This document shows positions 36,278 through 40,644 of a stretch of 40,644 nt of DNA, piece by piece (within the stretch, counting starts at the first letter, position 1; each line of letters starts with the position of its first letter). Under the pieces are notes generated by a model. The model saw nothing but the letters and a program-made list of their open reading frames with translations, made no database searches and had not been told where the DNA came from. Source of the stretch: a virus (Duplodnaviria > Caudoviricetes); the IMG/VR virus record IMGVR_UViG_3300045526_000169, positions 1 to 40,644 of that record. One strand, given 5' to 3'. The translations under genes were made by a program, and so were the position numbers.

Positions 36278-37464
36278 AATCCAAGTTGTTTAAAGATTCC
36301 TGCACTAGTTGCATTATCTACCTGTCTTTTATCATATAAAGACATATATTGTAAAATATCTTTTGAATTTCTAAGTTTACCTACACTTGCTTTAGAATTA
36401 TTATAAATCTCTTCGCACCAATCTATCATAGATTCATATAATGATTTAGGAATTGTTTGTTTATTCAGTAATACTAAATTTACATTCATATAGATATTAT
36501 TTTTAATATCTTCTAAATTAAACTTAGTTTCGGATTTAAAATTTCTAATACAACTATTTGCAATTTTTTCTATAAAACTATCAACAAAAAAATCTTCTAT
36601 TGAATATTTCTGGTATTGAATTTCTTCTTTTACTTTTTTAAGTTCTTCTTGTTTCATTTTAGATTCATATGACTGACCTTCTTTCTTACCAGTTTTGTAT
36701 TTTTTAATTTCAAATACAATAGGTAAAATATTATCTCCTTTGTCTCCTATAACAATTTTATCGAATATAATATCATATGGATATACAACAGATAGTTTAG
36801 AACTAGAATTGTTACAGAAAGATTTCAATAAATTAACCATAGTAGTCTGTTGGTTATTTTTTATCCAGATTGCAGTTTCTCTGTCTATAGAGATAATCTT
36901 ATCCTGTTTTTGATATTGCATGGTAAAAGCAGTAGTACTAGCATTAAAACCTACACATTGTTTCAAGTCATTATCAGCACTATAAATAATAACACTCTTA
37001 CCTTTTGAATTATAGTAACTAGATACTGAAAACATAAGGTCATCTGCCTCACATCCCTCTATACTCTTGTAACTTACATCTGCAGATTTACTCAAATCTT
37101 TTACAAAAGAATCAAACACTTCATATATACGAGTCCAATTAATTTCTTTTTTCTTTTCCCGAGTTCCTTTGTAATCCAACGTAGAAGGCAATCCAATATA
37201 ATCTCGTTGTAAAAAATAATCTTTTCTCCAAGATTGAGAATCATCAATTGTGAATATTATCTCATCTACTAAACCATTTAAATTTCTAATATCTTTAGCG
37301 AAGATAGTAGCAAGTTTATCCAAAAATAAATTTGTATCTTTTCGGTCTTCTTCTTCGTCATTTCCTTTTCTGAATACTGTACTATTCTTAGAAAATAAAC
37401 CAATTGCACTAGTACTACTATGCATAAAATGGTTTCCGTCAATCACTAGTGTAAGTTTGTTCAT
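36274..37464 (-). CDS. rnh: RNase H / FEN-type 5'-3' exonuclease (T4 rnh-like)
   Basis: IDGN, SWRK, YKGTR, EADD, DNDL, GDKGDNI. Confidence 0.85.
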   Translation of the reverse strand: MNKLTLVIDGNHFMHSSTSAIGLFSKNSTVFRKGNDEEEDRKDTNLFLDKLATIFAKDIRNLNGLVDEIIFTIDDSQSWRKDYFLQRDYIGLPSTLDYKGTREKKKEINWTRIYEVFDSFVKDLSKSADVSYKSIEGCEADDLMFSVSSYYNSKGKSVIIYSADNDLKQCVGFNASTTAFTMQYQKQDKIISIDRETAIWIKNNQQTTMVNLLKSFCNNSSSKLSVVYPYDIIFDKIVIGDKGDNILPIVFEIKKYKTGKKEGQSYESKMKQEELKKVKEEIQYQKYSIEDFFVDSFIEKIANSCIRNFKSETKFNLEDIKNNIYMNVNLVLLNKQTIPKSLYESMIDWCEEIYNNSKASVGKLRNSKDILQYMSLYDKRQVDNATSAGIFKQLGL

Positions 37465-37466
37465 AA

Positions 37467-38429
37467 TTATTTTCTTAATGAGGTTTGTATATTTTGTAAA
37501 AGTGCTGCTAATGGTATAAACTTATCAATTGCAAAATTAGATTTATATGTATAATTAGCAACATGAACTATAATCTCTCCTATCTTGTTCGATTCTATGT
37601 CTTTATTAATAAGATATTCTATAAATTCTTTACCAAGTGCATTAAAGACATTTGATTCATTATTGATATAGTTCTTGTAAGTATAAGAGTATAAGTCAAT
37701 AAAGGATGTCTTCGAGTCAATAATCAAATCAAAGAGGTCTTTGTATGCACCAGTAAATTTATTAACATCTTCTTCTGTAATATTTGTAATACCCTCCAAT
37801 GACTTGCTCTGTAGAAATGTAATTGTACTACGCAAGTCAGGAAAGTGTTTCTTTATAATAAGTAACATTACTTTTGGTTCAATAGTAATACCCTCATCCT
37901 TACAAATACTATTGATTCTATGTAAATACTTTTTAAGTAAGTATTTTTCTTCTTCTTTTGGAAAATCAAAATTGATACAATCAAATCTACTTTGGATATT
38001 ATCAGGAATCTTTTGGATATAGTTACAAGTAGCAATAAATCTAGTTGTACTTGCAAACTTCTCAATAACACCTCTCATTGCTTTTAAGTACTGCTCAGAT
38101 ACTCCATCAAACTCATCAAGAATAACTACCTTTTGAGTTCTCTTTCCACCTAAGATTGATATATTGGAACAGAACTCTGTAATCTTGGTTCTTACGTTTT
38201 CTACGCTTGTTTCCAATGAACAGTTGATATCTAAACTAACAGAATCTTTTGCTAAAATTTTAGCAAGACTTGTTTTACCCAGACCAGGACTTCCGTATAA
38301 CAATACATGATTGTCTATTTTACCTCCTTTGAATTTATTATAAACTCTCTCGGGAATAATTAAATCTTCTAATTGTTTTGGTCTATACTTTTCTACCCAA
38401 ATTTTGTTTTTCAAATTACTTGTGCTCAT
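37467..38429 (-). CDS. clamp loader AAA+ subunit (T4 gp44/RFC-like)
   Basis: WVEKYRP, GSPGLGKTS, LDEFD, TCN, SRF, FPDLR. Confidence 0.93.
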   Translation of the reverse strand: MSTSNLKNKIWVEKYRPKQLEDLIIPERVYNKFKGGKIDNHVLLYGSPGLGKTSLAKILAKDSVSLDINCSLETSVENVRTKITEFCSNISILGGKRTQKVVILDEFDGVSEQYLKAMRGVIEKFASTTRFIATCNYIQKIPDNIQSRFDCINFDFPKEEEKYLLKKYLHRINSICKDEGITIEPKVMLLIIKKHFPDLRSTITFLQSKSLEGITNITEEDVNKFTGAYKDLFDLIIDSKTSFIDLYSYTYKNYINNESNVFNALGKEFIEYLINKDIESNKIGEIIVHVANYTYKSNFAIDKFIPLAALLQNIQTSLRK

Positions 38430-38477
38430 ACTCCTATAGAATTAAATATTATACTTACAAATATTAAAGTGGACTTT

Positions 38478-39158
38478 ATGAAAAATTATTTTATGCCAGA
38501 GAAATTAGTAAATGGGAAATTTATCAGTACAGATGCTAATTACATTCCAAATGAACTATCAAATACTTGGTTCATAGAATCTCCAATTGACTATGAATAC
38601 AAGTACTATAAACTTATGGCATATTTACAACGATTAGAAACAAATATAGAAAATGGATATCTATTTGAGGAGTTTACACAGTTGGAAAAAAGATACAAAG
38701 ACTTGGAATCCTTTAACAATTCATTTGAAATTGTGGATAAAAGTAAGAATAGTGAAAAGTTATTCAAATATATATACAATCTTCCACCAGATTCTAAATA
38801 TGTAAATGAGGTCAAAAGTATCGTAAAAATGGCACTTGAGAAAATTATTATCGTATATGTTGATGTTGTAAATAAAATTACAAATCTCTACAATAAAACA
38901 AAGATAATAAGAAGTTCTATAGTAGATAAAAGAAAGAAAATAAATGTATATGTAGAAAAATGCAACTGTGGAATCTTTGAAATGTTTGAACTATCTAAAT
39001 CAGGTAAAATAGAATATAAAGGTCATATAGAAAATGACCCTACATTCAATTCAAATGAAAATATAATAGTAATTAAATCTGAAAATGCTGCATTTAATTG
39101 TATAGGTGAAATTATTCCATTTCAACTTAAAAAAGCAGGGAATTTGTCAATCTACTAA
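38478..39158 (+). CDS. hypothetical protein
   Basis: ATG 38478 lies downstream of TTAAATA (38442-38448) and avoids overlap with the gp44-like gene; WFIESPIDYEYKYYKLMAYLQ. Confidence 0.65.
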   Translation: MKNYFMPEKLVNGKFISTDANYIPNELSNTWFIESPIDYEYKYYKLMAYLQRLETNIENGYLFEEFTQLEKRYKDLESFNNSFEIVDKSKNSEKLFKYIYNLPPDSKYVNEVKSIVKMALEKIIIVYVDVVNKITNLYNKTKIIRSSIVDKRKKINVYVEKCNCGIFEMFELSKSGKIEYKGHIENDPTFNSNENIIVIKSENAAFNCIGEIIPFQLKKAGNLSIY

Positions 39159-39794
39159 TTTATCAAAATTGGTTTGTATTTTAGTTAGTTTCATCAAATA
39201 GTTTCTCTTAGGTAATGTCATATCTTCTGAGTAAAAGGATTTCTGTCTTTTTATCAATTTAGTGAATATTCTTTTTTGTCTATCTTTGTTTAATTGAAAA
39301 AAATTTTGAGTATTCTTTATATAAGTACCAGAGTTTTCCTTGTCTTCTTTTGACTGACCAAATTTATTATAAGGTCCTATTGTATAGTATTTAGAAACAC
39401 ATTCACCGCATATTAAATTTTTTAGAGAAAAGTCATCAAAATAACTAATAGTTTCTTTGTTACATCTTATACATGGATATTCTATTGTATTATACAACCA
39501 ATGATATTCACTTTTAGTAATAATAGTTTTGCTATCCACAAGTGGAATATAATTAGGATAAAATAGAAACAATCTACCAGGTCTATTAGATTCCATTTTA
39601 GTTTTTATTATTTTCTCTCTTTGTATAAGCATATGACAAAATAAGTCATCTCCTAAGTCTTTAGTACAAACCTTAGCACGTTGTAAAATATATTTCTCGT
39701 CTATTTGGTCAGACTTATCTAATATCAAACCATGATACATTTTATCAACTGCAAAAGAATCTCTAACTTTTCTTCTAATAAGTTTTCTAAGCAT
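39147..39794 (-). CDS. hypothetical protein with a C4 zinc-finger-like motif
   Basis: CIRC...CGEC. Confidence 0.6.
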   Translation of the reverse strand: MLRKLIRRKVRDSFAVDKMYHGLILDKSDQIDEKYILQRAKVCTKDLGDDLFCHMLIQREKIIKTKMESNRPGRLFLFYPNYIPLVDSKTIITKSEYHWLYNTIEYPCIRCNKETISYFDDFSLKNLICGECVSKYYTIGPYNKFGQSKEDKENSGTYIKNTQNFFQLNKDRQKRIFTKLIKRQKSFYSEDMTLPKRNYLMKLTKIQTNFDKLVD

Positions 39795-40644
39795 TTTCGT
39801 TTAGATTATGTAACATATCTAATAATTCACTTTCCAATAATGATATTTCATAGAATACTGAAAGAGGTATTATATAACTTTCTCCTAATTTATCCCAAAG
39901 TGTCTTTAATTTACTTTCCTTATCTATTAGTCCAGAGGATAGTTGATTTATAGCATCTTGTAACATATTCTTCTTGTCACTATCGCTCTCGTCTTTCAGT
40001 TCCTCTTTCTTTTTCTTTATATTTTCTTTTATCTTTTGGATATATTTTTCTAGTCTATCTATATCCTTTTCCAATTTCTTATTTGCTTCTTCTTTATCCT
40101 TTTCTGCTTTTTCTTGGTCTGCTTTTGCTTTTGCTGGTTCTTTTGTACTATTAGTTTCTGTATCAGTTTCTGTATCAGTTTCTGTATCAGTTTCTGTATC
40201 AGTGTTGTCTTTTAAATCTTTGATATCTTTATTGATTTGTAAAATTTTATCATCAATATCTTTTACATCCTCGTCTTTTAATACTTTTAATTTCCTTAAT
40301 GTTTGTTGATACTTCAAGTCTGCAGATAGTACTTTAATATCTATCTCTTTCTTTTTAGTATCATCTGCATCTTCTGGTAAGTTTTCTTTTTCACCTTTTG
40401 CATCATCTAACTTTCCTTTTGCATCAGTTACTTCTGCTTGAGCGGCATCTATTTTTTGTTGCTCTTTGTCATCTTTAGTGTTAGTTTCTTCCTCTTCATC
40501 TGGGTCTTCTATTCCCATTTCTTTAGTAAATTCTTTAGATTTATCTTTCTCGTCTTGTTCTAATTTTGCTAATTTATTTTTTACTAATGCATACTTAGGG
40601 TCATCTTCTGACATTCCTTTTAATCTTTCTTTGTATGATTTCTT
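39787..40644 (-). CDS. charged coiled-coil protein, probably 5'-truncated by the window edge
   Basis: Frame is open from 40644 (KKSYKERLKG) into the listed ATG; K/E/D-rich; C-terminal LxE motifs. Confidence 0.7.
   Translation of the reverse strand, partial: KKSYKERLKGMSEDDPKYALVKNKLAKLEQDEKDKSKEFTKEMGIEDPDEEEETNTKDDKEQQKIDAAQAEVTDAKGKLDDAKGEKENLPEDADDTKKKEIDIKVLSADLKYQQTLRKLKVLKDEDVKDIDDKILQINKDIKDLKDNTDTETDTETDTETDTETNSTKEPAKAKADQEKAEKDKEEANKKLEKDIDRLEKYIQKIKENIKKKKEELKDESDSDKKNMLQDAINQLSSGLIDKESKLKTLWDKLGESYIIPLSVFYEISLLESELLDMLHNLNENA
40153..40203. repeat. 12-bp tandem repeat, 4.25 copies, encoding (DTET)n
   Basis: AGTTTCTGTATC at 40153, 40165, 40177 and 40189. Confidence 0.95.

Larger units (their letters stand above)
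1..40644. mobile_element. Fragment of a large T4-like/jumbo myophage genome, probable Bacteroidota host
   Basis: Tail sheath, tube and baseplate-hub genes, gp44/gp62 clamp loader, RNase H, PhoH, ThyA and four GIY-YIG endonucleases. Bacteroidota-type TTTG-N20-TAnnTTTG promoters. No integrase or host housekeeping operons seen. Confidence 0.93.

Noticed and set aside
38373-38477. Longer TTG start for the 38373..39158 ORF
   Set aside because: It overlaps the divergent clamp loader gene; ATG 38478 has a TTAAATA motif upstream.
40153-40203. Tandem repeat as a CRISPR array or iteron origin
   Set aside because: No spacers; it is an in-frame coding repeat.
1252-40309. Antisense ORFs in the track (for example 1252..1620, 15835..16257, 30538..31164, 39974..40309)
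   Set aside because: They lie opposite well-supported genes and have the Ser/Phe/Leu-rich composition of shadow frames.
1-40644. Stop-codon recoding (TAG to Gln) as in some Bacteroidota phages
   Set aside because: Conserved genes are full length in code 11, and TAG ends thyA and phoH at the expected positions.

Overview
This is an AT-rich fragment of a large T4-like (probably jumbo) myophage genome using the standard genetic code. Four host-type TTTG-N20-TAnnTTTG promoters and A-rich leaders without Shine-Dalgarno sites point to a Bacteroidota host. The left part (minus strand) carries nucleotide and DNA-modification genes. The middle (plus strand) is a late tail module with sheath, tube, gp26/gp51-like proteins, a tape-measure-like protein and PhoH. 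The right part (minus strand) has a GT2-TPR glycosyltransferase, a collagen-like protein, gp62/gp44 clamp loader subunits and an RNase H/FEN nuclease. The main finding is a tightly linked cluster at 2903-10425: a CmoA-like carboxy-SAM synthase, four tandem C5-cytosine methyltransferase paralogues that all have Arg instead of Asn in motif X (GR[S/A]V for GN[S/A]V), and an AsnB-like glutamine amidotransferase. It is inferred to make 5-carboxymethylcytosine at several target sequences and then amidate it to 5-carbamoylmethylcytosine. The second finding is a conserved, covarying structured leader in front of all four GIY-YIG homing endonuclease genes, in which the late-promoter motif is complementary to the early codons. 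All functional calls come from motif recognition by eye; no database search was run.
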